DNA of 64,000 nucleotides from an uncultured Muribaculaceae bacterium (GTDB lineage Bacteria; Bacillota_I; Bacilli_A; RF39; UBA660): NCBI GenBank assembly GCA_964396655.1, contig CAYNFP010000001.1, positions 135,448 to 199,447 of the forward strand, read 5' to 3'. Shown piece by piece: positions 10,511 to 19,853 of this stretch (position 1 is its first letter; each line of letters starts with the position of its first letter). The notes under the pieces were generated by a model. It saw only the letters and a program-made list of their open reading frames with translations, ran no database searches and was not told where the DNA came from. The position numbers and the translations under genes were made by a program.

Positions 10511-10927
10511 ATGATAGATTTAGCAAAATATAGAGACTTTGAAGAATTAATTAACTATTATAATGAAATTAAAGAAGAGTATGAAGATTTGAAAGAAGTT
10601 GTAGATGAAATAGATAATTTTATTGTTGCTAATCCGAGTTATTTACTTGAAGTTAGTCAAGAGTTTATTGAAAATGTGAAAATGACAATTCCAAGTATAT
10701 TTAAACAAAATGATTTAATAAATTATGAGAGATATAGATATGTGGATTATCTTATAGAAGAATTTCATAATTCAGAAATTTATATTACATATTTATATAT
10801 GACATATGAAGTAGATCAAATTGGTATTATATTATCCGCAATGTATAAAAATGACAACTTGCCAGAAGAAACTGTTAATAAAATAAATGAATTTATATTT
10901 GAGGAATATAAATTATTAAGAAAATAA
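10511..10927 (+). CDS. hypothetical acidic protein, paralog A2 (EEFHN motif)
   Basis: Homologous to 8497-9060. Confidence 0.5.
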   Translation: MIDLAKYRDFEELINYYNEIKEEYEDLKEVVDEIDNFIVANPSYLLEVSQEFIENVKMTIPSIFKQNDLINYERYRYVDYLIEEFHNSEIYITYLYMTYEVDQIGIILSAMYKNDNLPEETVNKINEFIFEEYKLLRK

Positions 10928-10932
10928 TATTA

Positions 10933-10961
10933 TTGACAATAACAAAAGAATTAAGTACAAT
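10933..10961 (+). promoter_or_regulatory. sigma-A-type promoter TTGACA-N17-TACAAT upstream of paralog B2
   Basis: TTGACA at 10933-10938 and TACAAT at 10956-10961, with 17-nt spacing. Confidence 0.5.
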
Positions 10962-10986
10962 ATTTTCTTGAAATGAGGAATATTAG

Positions 10987-11736
10987 ATGGAAATATTAGA
11001 AAATTTTAAAAGTTACGATGAATTAAGGGCATATTTAGATAATTTAGAAATTATTGAAAATGAAGAAGATTATGTATCTTACTTTGGAACATCTTATGAT
11101 AAAGACTTTAATATAGAAAAATATTGTGAAGAATTAGCTAAAAAAGAAATTCAAGAAGCTGAAATTAGTCAAAATTTGATACAATATGAAAAAATAAAAA
11201 TAATTGAAAAATATAAAAGATATGCTAGATATTTATTAGGTGAATTTGAAAAAACATATTATGAAGATATGAAAGAATTACTTCCTTGGTTGGTTTATGA
11301 AAATAAAATTGCTGAAAAAATTGAATGTAAAATACGTGATTTTAGACTTAAAATGTTGGAAAGTAAAGAATATATAAATATTATTATAGAAAAAATGCTT
11401 GCTTTTACTGGAAAAAACTATTCTTTAAAAAAACTTACTTTTAAAACTAAAGGGAAGTTATCTGGTGGACAATTTGAAAAATTAAGTCCTTGGTGGAATG
11501 ATGAAGAAGTAAATTTATTTGTAATTGTATCAGATGATTATGATATACAAAAAGTTCCATTTGAAGTCTTTTCAAATCCTAGTCAATACCCGGAGTATTA
11601 TAAAAATTTCGATTTTATTTTATTAGATAAAAACGGGATATATGTATGGGCGTTATTCGGTATGCCTGAAGAAGTTTATGATGAATTAAATGAAATAACT
11701 TTTCAAAAAATGAAACTTGAACTTGCAAAAAAATAA
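10987..11736 (+). CDS. hypothetical acidic protein, paralog B2
   Basis: Homologous to 9143-9934. Confidence 0.5.
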   Translation: MEILENFKSYDELRAYLDNLEIIENEEDYVSYFGTSYDKDFNIEKYCEELAKKEIQEAEISQNLIQYEKIKIIEKYKRYARYLLGEFEKTYYEDMKELLPWLVYENKIAEKIECKIRDFRLKMLESKEYINIIIEKMLAFTGKNYSLKKLTFKTKGKLSGGQFEKLSPWWNDEEVNLFVIVSDDYDIQKVPFEVFSNPSQYPEYYKNFDFILLDKNGIYVWALFGMPEEVYDELNEITFQKMKLELAKK

Positions 11737-11740
11737 AATA

Positions 11741-11770
11741 AAAAAACTGCAATTAAGCAGCTTTTTTTGA
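11741..11770. terminator. bidirectional intrinsic terminator (hairpin ctgc-aatta-gcag flanked by an A-run and a T-run)
   Basis: The sequence aaaaaaactgcaattaagcagcttttttt serves the convergent genes B2 (+) and rpmB (-). Confidence 0.55.
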
Positions 11771-11920
11771 TGTTCTAATTTCAGAAGCAGAAAGTCTAAC
11801 TTTCTTACCTCCAACTTTAACTGTTTGTAAATTTACTTTTTGAGTCATTTTAGTAGCCTTTAATGAAAAAGGTCTATTATTTCCACTCATATTATTTTTC
11901 TTTGATACATTCTTAGCCAT
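11753..11920 (-). CDS. rpmB: 50S ribosomal protein L28 (Cys-less form); absent from the ORF track because it is under 60 aa
   Basis: Minus-strand translation MAKNVSKKNNMSGNNRPFSLKATKMTQKVNLQTVKVGGKKVRLSASEIRTSKKAA (55 aa) carries the L28 signature GNN.S...TK....NLQ.V.V....V.LSA. A GGAGGAA Shine-Dalgarno lies 7 nt upstream. Confidence 0.6.
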   Translation of the reverse strand: MAKNVSKKNNMSGNNRPFSLKATKMTQKVNLQTVKVGGKKVRLSASEIRTSKKAA

Positions 11921-12014
11921 TGTTATTCCTCCTTCGAAATCTCTTAATAATTTATCATATATTTACTAATAAGTCAATTATTTGTTATAATAAATTCAGA
12001 AAGAGAATATTGTT

Positions 12015-14918
12015 ATGAGTATAATACCATTAAATATTAAAACAAATTATGAATTATTATCTAGTATTATAAAAATAGATGATTTAATTAATTATGCTTT
12101 AAAAAATAATATTAATGTTTTAGGTATTACTGATAGTAATTTATTTTCTTTTATGGAATTTTATGAATCTTGTAAAAAGAATAATATTAAATCTGTTATT
12201 GGTATAGATTTAGAAGTAAATGATATTAGATTTATATTATATGCTAAGAATTTTGAGGGGTATCAAAATTTATGTAGAATAGTGTCTCAAAAGAATATTG
12301 ATTCTTTAAGTTTAGAAAATATTAAAAATAATAAAGATAACTTATTATGTGTATTAAGAAACATTAATAATGAAAGTTATGAAATATTAAGTAAAGTATT
12401 TGATGAAGTATATATTAGTTATAATAATGAATTAAATAAAAAAGATGCTTTAATAATAAGTGATAAAGTTTTATATATGAATGAAATATTATGTTTTAAT
12501 GAATCCGATTATGAATATTTAAAATATTTAAAAATGATTAAAGATGGTAAAACTATAGATAATATAGAAGAATATAATTTTGAAAATAATTCTTTTAATT
12601 TAAAAATTAATTCTTTCGATTTAAAAACCAATGAAGAATTTATCAAATTAATTGATTTAGAATTACCTAAATTTTCTTTTAAATTACCAAAATACAAATC
12701 TAATTCAAATGAATATTTAAAAAGTTTATGTAAAAAAGGATTAGAAAAAAGACTGAATAATAATGTAACTGATATATATAAAAATAGATTACTTTATGAA
12801 TTAGATGTAATAGAAAATACTGGATTTGTAGATTATTTCTTAATAGTTTATGATATTGTTTTATATGCTAAAAAGAATAATATATATGTTGGTCCTGGTA
12901 GAGGAAGTGCGGTAGGTAGTTTAGTAAGTTATAGTCTTGGAATTATTGATATAGATCCATTAAAATATAACTTAATGTTTGAAAGATTTTTAAATCCAAA
13001 TAGAGTAAGTATGCCTGATATAGATATAGATATAAGTGATATAAAAAGAGAAGAATTAATAGAGTATGTTAGGGTTAAATATGGATACGATAAAGTTGCT
13101 AATATAATTACTTTTAGTACATTACTTCCTAAACAGGTATTAAGAGATGTTGGTAGAGTTTTGAATATAAGTGTAAACAAAATGGATACTTTACTTAGTT
13201 TACTTAAAGATAAAGATAGTTTAGAAATTTTAGAGAATAACTCTAAGTATAAAGATTTAATTTTATTTAACAAAGAATATATAAAATTATTAGATATTTC
13301 TAAAAAATTAGAGGGACTAAAAAAACACGCTAGTATTCATGCGGCTGGTATTGTAATAGATAGTGAACCTTTAACTAATAAAGTTCCTTTATTTAAAAGT
13401 GGTAATAATATTTTAGTTGGATTTGATAAAAAACATATTGAAGAACTTGGTATATTAAAAATAGATTTACTTAGTATTAGAAATCTTTCTATTATTGATG
13501 AAGTATTAAATAAAATAAAAGAAACAACTGGAAGGTATATTAGTTTAAATGATATACCAATAGACGATCATAAAACAATAGAAATATTTGCTAAAGCTGA
13601 AACTACCGGAATATTTCAATATGAAAGCTCTGGTATTAGAAACTTAATTCGTAAGATGAATGTTAAAAATTTTGATGATTTAGTTTTAGTTATTGCGATG
13701 TTTAGACCTGGTCCTATGAGTATGATTCCAACTTATTTGAGAAGAAGAGAAGGAAAAGAAGCAGTTACTTATCCAGTAAAGGAATTAGAACCAATTTTAA
13801 AAGATACATTAGGTATAATGGTTTATCAGGAGCAATTATTAGAAATATTAAATGTAATGGCGGGTTATACATATGCTGAAGCTGATGTAATAAGATCTGC
13901 TATTAAGAGTAAAAACGAAGAAATATTACTAAAAGAAAGAACTAATTTTGAAACAAGAAGTTTGAAATTGGGATTCAATAAATCTGACATAGATAATGTT
14001 TATAATATGATAGTTAGATTTGCTAATTATGGCTTCAATAAATCTCACTCAGTTGCTTATGCTATGGTTGGTTATCAAATGGCTTATTTGAAAGCTAATT
14101 TTAAAAATATATTTATGATAAATTTATTAAACAAAGAAATTGGAAGAGAAAGTAAAACCAAAGAATATATAGAAGAATCTAAAATATTAGGATTAAACTT
14201 TAGTGGGATAGATATAAATGAAAGTTGTGATATTTATTATAACAAGGATGATAAAATTATCTTACCTTTAGGCATTGTAAAGAATGTTGGAGATATTGCT
14301 ATAAAAAGAATTTTAGAAGAAAAAACAAAGGAAAAATTTAAAGATTTCTTAGATTTTTGTTCTAGATGCTATAATAATGCAGTTAATAAAAAAGTAATAG
14401 AATCTTTAATTTTAATAGGTGCTTTTGATAGATTTAATTACAATAAAAAAACATTAATAGAAAATTTAGAAGAAATAATAAATTATTCTTTACTATGTCA
14501 AACGCTTGGGGAAGATAATGTTATACCTCCAGAGATAGAATCATCTGAAGAATATGAAGATAGTTATTTACTTCAATCTGAAAGTGAACTTTTAGGCTTC
14601 TATTTTTCTAATCATCCGGTTACAAAGTATAAAAGAAATATAACCACAACTGATATAAATAAATATTACGATAAAAATATAAATATGATTTTATTATTAG
14701 AAAGTATTAAAGAAATAAAAACTAAAAATAATGATAAAATGGCATTCTTAAAATTAAGTGATGAATATGGTTTAATAGATGGAGTAATATTTCCAAACTA
14801 TTATAAAGAGATATACAATTTACTTAGAAAAATGCAAGTTGTAAATATTTATTGCAAGGTAGAAAAAAGATTAAATGAATATCAACTTGTAGTAAATAAA
14901 ATAGAGATTTTAAAATAA
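12015..14918 (+). CDS. dnaE: DNA polymerase III alpha subunit (DnaE type)
   Basis: 967 aa with an N-terminal PHP domain, a polymerase core (GPGRGSA, MPDIDID, HAAGIV) and an OB fold. Confidence 0.85.
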   Translation: MSIIPLNIKTNYELLSSIIKIDDLINYALKNNINVLGITDSNLFSFMEFYESCKKNNIKSVIGIDLEVNDIRFILYAKNFEGYQNLCRIVSQKNIDSLSLENIKNNKDNLLCVLRNINNESYEILSKVFDEVYISYNNELNKKDALIISDKVLYMNEILCFNESDYEYLKYLKMIKDGKTIDNIEEYNFENNSFNLKINSFDLKTNEEFIKLIDLELPKFSFKLPKYKSNSNEYLKSLCKKGLEKRLNNNVTDIYKNRLLYELDVIENTGFVDYFLIVYDIVLYAKKNNIYVGPGRGSAVGSLVSYSLGIIDIDPLKYNLMFERFLNPNRVSMPDIDIDISDIKREELIEYVRVKYGYDKVANIITFSTLLPKQVLRDVGRVLNISVNKMDTLLSLLKDKDSLEILENNSKYKDLILFNKEYIKLLDISKKLEGLKKHASIHAAGIVIDSEPLTNKVPLFKSGNNILVGFDKKHIEELGILKIDLLSIRNLSIIDEVLNKIKETTGRYISLNDIPIDDHKTIEIFAKAETTGIFQYESSGIRNLIRKMNVKNFDDLVLVIAMFRPGPMSMIPTYLRRREGKEAVTYPVKELEPILKDTLGIMVYQEQLLEILNVMAGYTYAEADVIRSAIKSKNEEILLKERTNFETRSLKLGFNKSDIDNVYNMIVRFANYGFNKSHSVAYAMVGYQMAYLKANFKNIFMINLLNKEIGRESKTKEYIEESKILGLNFSGIDINESCDIYYNKDDKIILPLGIVKNVGDIAIKRILEEKTKEKFKDFLDFCSRCYNNAVNKKVIESLILIGAFDRFNYNKKTLIENLEEIINYSLLCQTLGEDNVIPPEIESSEEYEDSYLLQSESELLGFYFSNHPVTKYKRNITTTDINKYYDKNINMILLLESIKEIKTKNNDKMAFLKLSDEYGLIDGVIFPNYYKEIYNLLRKMQVVNIYCKVEKRLNEYQLVVNKIEILK

Positions 14919-14964
14919 AGTTGAATAAGTTAGAAGTAATATGTTATAATTTTTTTATAGAATA

Positions 14965-15777
14965 GTGAGTGATAAAATGAAACAAAGAGTAATAAGTGCA
15001 GTTATAGCTTTTTTAATAGTAATACCAATTATGGTAATTGGAGGATATTTATATAAGGGTGCAGTTATAGCTTTAGGTATTATAGCTATGTTAGAATTAA
15101 TTAAAGCAAAATCTAAAAACAAACAAACACCTTTGTTAATTAAAATAATAAGTATTTATAATTTTGTTTTCATGATGTTAATAAATATAAATAATAATAA
15201 TTTTTTATTAAATATGCCTTTTAAATATTTAATCTTGAATTCGATATTGTTATTTTTACCATTAATTTTTTATCATGATAATAAAAAATATAGTATTGAA
15301 GACGCAACATTTTATTCTGGATTAACATTATTTTTAGTGTTAGGCTTTAATGCCTTAATGATGATTAGATCTTATAATGTATATTATTTAATATTTTTGC
15401 TTTTAATTACTATTACCAGTGATACATTTGCGTATTTTGTTGGTACATTAATTGGTAAACATAAAATGTGTCCAACGATATCTCCAAATAAATCTGTTGA
15501 AGGTTTTATTGGAGGATTAGTATTTGGAACATTTATTACAACATCAATTTATGTTGTAACTTTTGATTATACTGGAAACATATTTTTGTTAATATTAGTT
15601 ATAATGTTATTGAGCATAATGTCTACATTAGGAGATTTATTCTTTAGTTTTATTAAAAGATATTATGATATAAAAGATTTTGGTAATATAATGCCAGGAC
15701 ATGGTGGAGTACTTGATAGAGTAGATAGTCTATTATTTGTATTATTATCATTTTGTCTAATTATAAGTTTTATGTAA
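14965..15777 (+). CDS. cdsA: phosphatidate cytidylyltransferase
   Basis: CTP-transferase signature KRYYDIKDFGNIMPGHGGVLDRVDS; multi-TM protein. The start may instead be the ATG at 14977. Confidence 0.8.
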   Translation: MSDKMKQRVISAVIAFLIVIPIMVIGGYLYKGAVIALGIIAMLELIKAKSKNKQTPLLIKIISIYNFVFMMLININNNNFLLNMPFKYLILNSILLFLPLIFYHDNKKYSIEDATFYSGLTLFLVLGFNALMMIRSYNVYYLIFLLLITITSDTFAYFVGTLIGKHKMCPTISPNKSVEGFIGGLVFGTFITTSIYVVTFDYTGNIFLLILVIMLLSIMSTLGDLFFSFIKRYYDIKDFGNIMPGHGGVLDRVDSLLFVLLSFCLIISFM

Positions 15778-15789
15778 GGAGAATATATA

Positions 15790-16833
15790 ATGAATTTTAT
15801 AATTACGTTTTTAGTTCTAATATTAATATTAGGAACAATAATTTTAATTCACGAACTTGGACATTTTATTGCAGCTAAGAAAAGTGGAGTATATGTAGAA
15901 GAGTTCGCTATTGGTATGGGGCCCAAAATATGGAGCAGTAAAAAGAAAAAAAATGAGACAACATTCTCATTAAGAATATTTCCAATAGGTGGATTTGTAG
16001 CGATGGCTAATGAAGAAAATCCTGAAATGAAAATAAGGAAAGATCAAGTTCTTGAAAATAAAACATTTATTCAGAGATTTTTAGTTTTAATAATGGGAAT
16101 ATTATTTAATTTTGTTTTAACAATAGTATTACTTTTTTTAAATGGATTAATTTATGGAAGTCCAGTTCAAACACCTGTTGTTGGCGAAGTTGCTAAAGAA
16201 AGTGCAATCTATGAAGCAGGTATTAAATCTGGCGATATTATTAAATCAGTTAATGGACAAAAAACCGAAACCTGGGATGATGTTTTATTAGAAATATCTG
16301 TTAAAAAAGCAAAAGAAAATTATGAATTCATTGTAGAAAGAAATAATAAATCATATACATATAAAGTAACTCCTCAAATCAAAAAAGTGGACGGAGAAGA
16401 ACAAAGAGTTTTTGGTTTTTCAATTTCATATTCAAAGAATTATGGATTTGTAAATGCTTTAAAATATTCAGTAAATGGATTTTGGGATATGCTTAAATCA
16501 ATAACTAATATATTAAAAGATTTATTTGTTGGATCAATATCAGTTAATAACTTAAGTGGCCCAGTAGGTATTTATACAGTAATAGATCAAATAAAGGAAA
16601 CAGGACTTGAAAATATAATTTATTTAACTGCATATTTAAGTATTAATATTGGGGTAATAAATTTACTTCCAATACCTATATTTGATGGAGGAAGAATTCT
16701 ATTATTAATATTTGAAAAAATAACAAAAAGAAAAAATAAAAAATTAGAAAACATTTTAAATGTAATTGGCTTTTTCTTATTAATATTATTAATAATATAT
16801 GTAACATTTAATGATATATTTAAATTATTATAG
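15790..16833 (+). CDS. rseP: RIP zinc metalloprotease RseP/YluC-like (site-2 protease with PDZ domain)
   Basis: HELGHF motif in TM1, a PDZ segment, and the C-terminal LLPIPIFDGG motif. Confidence 0.8.
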   Translation: MNFIITFLVLILILGTIILIHELGHFIAAKKSGVYVEEFAIGMGPKIWSSKKKKNETTFSLRIFPIGGFVAMANEENPEMKIRKDQVLENKTFIQRFLVLIMGILFNFVLTIVLLFLNGLIYGSPVQTPVVGEVAKESAIYEAGIKSGDIIKSVNGQKTETWDDVLLEISVKKAKENYEFIVERNNKSYTYKVTPQIKKVDGEEQRVFGFSISYSKNYGFVNALKYSVNGFWDMLKSITNILKDLFVGSISVNNLSGPVGIYTVIDQIKETGLENIIYLTAYLSINIGVINLLPIPIFDGGRILLLIFEKITKRKNKKLENILNVIGFFLLILLIIYVTFNDIFKLL

Positions 16834-16841
16834 AGGTTTTT

Positions 16842-17207
16842 ATGAGTGCATTAGAAAATAAAGAAATATTAAAATATTGTCCAAATTATTATAAAATTAT
16901 TAATCAAGAGTTTTTAGAATCAGATGTTGTTTCTATGAAGCTAATTCAAATATTTCAAGAATTTGTCTTTAGTGTTGATTTAAATAAAAAAAATGAAATA
17001 ACTATTATGAATAAGCTTTCAGAAGCAATTACTAAATATTTTGATGATGGAGAATTTAAAAAAGAACTAGTTAATACTATATCAACATTAAAAATAAAGA
17101 CTGGAATTGATAATGTTCTTCTTTATATAGCAGAAAAAATAATTGAAGCTTATAATAAGTATTTAGAGTATTATACTAGGAATTTATATATTCCTAGATG
17201 GATATAA
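16842..17207 (+). CDS. hypothetical protein
   Basis: 121-aa ORF tightly packed after rseP. Confidence 0.35.
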   Translation: MSALENKEILKYCPNYYKIINQEFLESDVVSMKLIQIFQEFVFSVDLNKKNEITIMNKLSEAITKYFDDGEFKKELVNTISTLKIKTGIDNVLLYIAEKIIEAYNKYLEYYTRNLYIPRWI

Positions 17208-17256
17208 TTAGACTTTTTAAATAAAATATGTTATAATTTTAAGGCTTTTATGTGAA

Positions 17257-17724
17257 GTGAGAAATATGGAATATACAAAAATATACAATGAATTTAGAAA
17301 AAATAATAAATTTAAAAAATTAGAAAAAGAAACACATCATGGATGTGACAGATTGTCACATACAAAAAGAGTGGCAAAACTTAGTTATCAAGTATCTAAA
17401 TTTTTAAATGTGGATCAAACCTCTGTAACCAGAGGTGCTTTAATGCATGATTTTTTCTTAGATAAAGAGTTAAAAGATTTACCTAAAAAGAATCATCCTA
17501 CTTTAGCTTATATAAATTCAAGAAAATATTTTAAACTTAATGAAATAGAAGAAGATATAATAAAAAGCCATATGTATCCGATTGTAAAAGTAAAACCGAT
17601 ATATAAAGAGTCGCGTGTTGTTTGTTTTTGTGATAGAATAGTAAGTATATATGAATTTCTTAGATATCAATTATATTCATATTCAAGTATATTCATAATA
17701 TTTGTTATAGAGTTTTTAAAATGA
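17257..17724 (+). CDS. HD-domain phosphohydrolase
   Basis: HHGCDRLSHTKRVA ... HDFF (H...HD...D motifs). Confidence 0.55.
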   Translation: MRNMEYTKIYNEFRKNNKFKKLEKETHHGCDRLSHTKRVAKLSYQVSKFLNVDQTSVTRGALMHDFFLDKELKDLPKKNHPTLAYINSRKYFKLNEIEEDIIKSHMYPIVKVKPIYKESRVVCFCDRIVSIYEFLRYQLYSYSSIFIIFVIEFLK

Positions 17725-17728
17725 TATT

Positions 17729-17805
17729 GTCCTCGTAGCTCAGTTGGATAGAGCAATCCCCTCCTAAGGGATAGGTCATCAGTTCGACTCTGATCGAGGA
17801 CGCCA
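17729..17805 (+). tRNA. tRNA-Arg (anticodon CCU), CCA encoded
   Basis: Cloverleaf: acceptor gtcctcg/cgaggac, D-arm gctc-agttggata-gagc, anticodon arm atccc-ctCCTaa-gggat, T-arm atcag-ttcgact-ctgat, then g-cca. Confidence 0.85.
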
Positions 17806-18098
17806 TATTTTGATTAATTTAAGTCTTGAAAGCTAATGTTTTCAAGACTTTTTATATTAATCAAAGTATCATAATTTACCACAAAGTATTTTAAATAATT
17901 ATAATTTTTGGCACTTTTTATGGCACTCTTATAAAAGGGTTAAACTATCGATAAATAAAGGTATAAATAAGATTGCCATATAAATATTAAACGACTTTTA
18001 GTCGTTTTTTTCTTGAGGTTTTAATATAAATTGGTCAGAGTATTGAAAAAAGGTCAAAATTATGCAATAATATGTAATCAAACAAGGGGGAATGTTTT

Positions 18099-18809
18099 TT
18101 GAAAACAATAGGAATAATTGGTGGTATGAGTTATGAGTCATCAATTCATTATTATGAAAGAATAAATAAGCAAGTTAATGATAGACTTGGGAATTTAAAT
18201 ACGGCTAGAATTATTATGTATAGTGTTAATTTTGAAGAAATTGAGCCGTTGATGAGGGCTAATAGATGGGACGAAATTGCTGTTATTTTAACCGATATTG
18301 CAAAGAAGTTAGAATTAGTAGGTGTAGATGTTATTGTTATAGCAACAAACACAATGCACAAATTGTATGATGAAATACAATATAATATTAATGTTCCAAT
18401 GATACATATTGCTGATACTGTTGCCGAAAGATGTATTAATCAAGGTATTCAAAATGTTGGTTTATTAGGTACGGCATATACAATGAGAGAGGCATTTTTA
18501 AAGGATAGATTAGCCCAAAAAGGTTTAAATGTAATTGTACCTGACAGTGATATAAAAATAGATGAAATAAATAGAATTATTTTTGAGGAGTTATGTGTCG
18601 GAAAAGTTTTAGAGGGGTCAAGAAAATATTATAAAGAAGTAATCGAAGAATTATCAAAACGATATGGTGCAAGAGGTATTATTTTAGGATGCACTGAAAT
18701 TGAAATGCTAATTTCAAAAAATGATGTTTCAATTCCTTTATTTGATACAACTGAAGCTCATATTAGTGGTATAGTTGACTATGTAGCTCCAAGAAAAGTA
18801 TTAAAATAA
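18099..18809 (+). CDS. Asp/Glu/hydantoin racemase family protein (aspartate racemase-like); TTG start
   Basis: The N-terminus (KTIGIIGGMS) and the two-Cys racemase fold pattern (...IATNTMH..., ...GCTEI...) fit this family. AAGGGGGAA Shine-Dalgarno. Confidence 0.6.
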   Translation: MKTIGIIGGMSYESSIHYYERINKQVNDRLGNLNTARIIMYSVNFEEIEPLMRANRWDEIAVILTDIAKKLELVGVDVIVIATNTMHKLYDEIQYNINVPMIHIADTVAERCINQGIQNVGLLGTAYTMREAFLKDRLAQKGLNVIVPDSDIKIDEINRIIFEELCVGKVLEGSRKYYKEVIEELSKRYGARGIILGCTEIEMLISKNDVSIPLFDTTEAHISGIVDYVAPRKVLK

Positions 18810-18819
18810 TGGTGCAATT

Positions 18820-19707
18820 ATGAGTAATATTGAAATTATTAGACAATTACAAGAGCAATATCGAGATGTTGATAAAGGTTTATTAATAGCATATGTCAAT
18901 GAGTTAATCAAAACTGAATATTTAAGATATAATGATAATGAATTATATTTTAATATAAACTTTGAAAGTATTTTATTAGGAAATCAAGAGCCAACAACTA
19001 AATTAGATTTTGCAATTGCCCAAGCAATTTTTATCACTTTACAACCATTAAGGAATGATATTGATAGCGAAAATATTGAACAAGTTATGTTAAGTTGGAG
19101 TGGGTATATTTTATATAGAGATGTTAGGAAAGGTGAATACCCCAAAGATATTCTTCATTATTTTGATGATGAAGATTTTGAAAAAATAGATTTAATGTCT
19201 ATAGATAGAGAACAAATTAAAGAAGCAATCGAGTATGATAAGATGGTTGATTGTGATAAAAAAGAAAGATGTACTAAAGTTTTATGCGAAAAAATAGCTA
19301 AAGTATTATCAAGACAAACAGGAATGGATGATGAAGAATTTGATATTAATGTTGTTCTTATCAATTATAGATTTTTAAGAATACATCCATTTTATGATGG
19401 GAATGGTAGGGTTTCAAGAATGCTTTTAAATTATATGCTTAATGCACGAGACGGATATTTTCCAATAGCTTTAAATGATGATGAAATAAAAGAAAAAATT
19501 ACTTATTATAAACAACTGAGTAAATTATTTTATACAATTTTTATGGGACTTTATCTTTCTGGTTTAGAATATGACGATGAGGGTTCTTACGAATTAGAAA
19601 CTGAAGAGAGTTTTTTTGAGAATGTTTCTAAGTATATAAAAGGAAAACAAAATCGTGCAAAAATAATGTTAGGAATAGAAACTTTAGCAGAAATAAAAAA
19701 AATCTAA
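18820..19707 (+). CDS. Fic/Doc-family protein (putative AMPylator)
   Basis: Canonical Fic motif HPFYDGNGRVSRML. Confidence 0.8.
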   Translation: MSNIEIIRQLQEQYRDVDKGLLIAYVNELIKTEYLRYNDNELYFNINFESILLGNQEPTTKLDFAIAQAIFITLQPLRNDIDSENIEQVMLSWSGYILYRDVRKGEYPKDILHYFDDEDFEKIDLMSIDREQIKEAIEYDKMVDCDKKERCTKVLCEKIAKVLSRQTGMDDEEFDINVVLINYRFLRIHPFYDGNGRVSRMLLNYMLNARDGYFPIALNDDEIKEKITYYKQLSKLFYTIFMGLYLSGLEYDDEGSYELETEESFFENVSKYIKGKQNRAKIMLGIETLAEIKKI

Positions 19708-19758
19708 AAAGCAGTTGATGAAAAGCCATGTAGACTCATGTTAGAAAACAACAGGCAT

Positions 19759-19790
19759 AGGTAGTCGATTCGATTCTGATCGAGGATGCC
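19759..19790 (+). pseudogene. tRNA-Arg 3'-half remnant (degenerate direct repeat of 17772-17805)
   Basis: aggtagtcgattcgattctgatcgaggatgcc aligns to aggtcatcagttcgactctgatcgaggacgcc of tRNA-Arg. No 5' half is present, and a similar terminator hairpin follows. Confidence 0.6.
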
Positions 19791-19853
19791 GAATTTTAAA
19801 TTAAGTTCTGTTTTCCAGAACTTTTTATGTTATAATAATTTTAGGGTGATATT

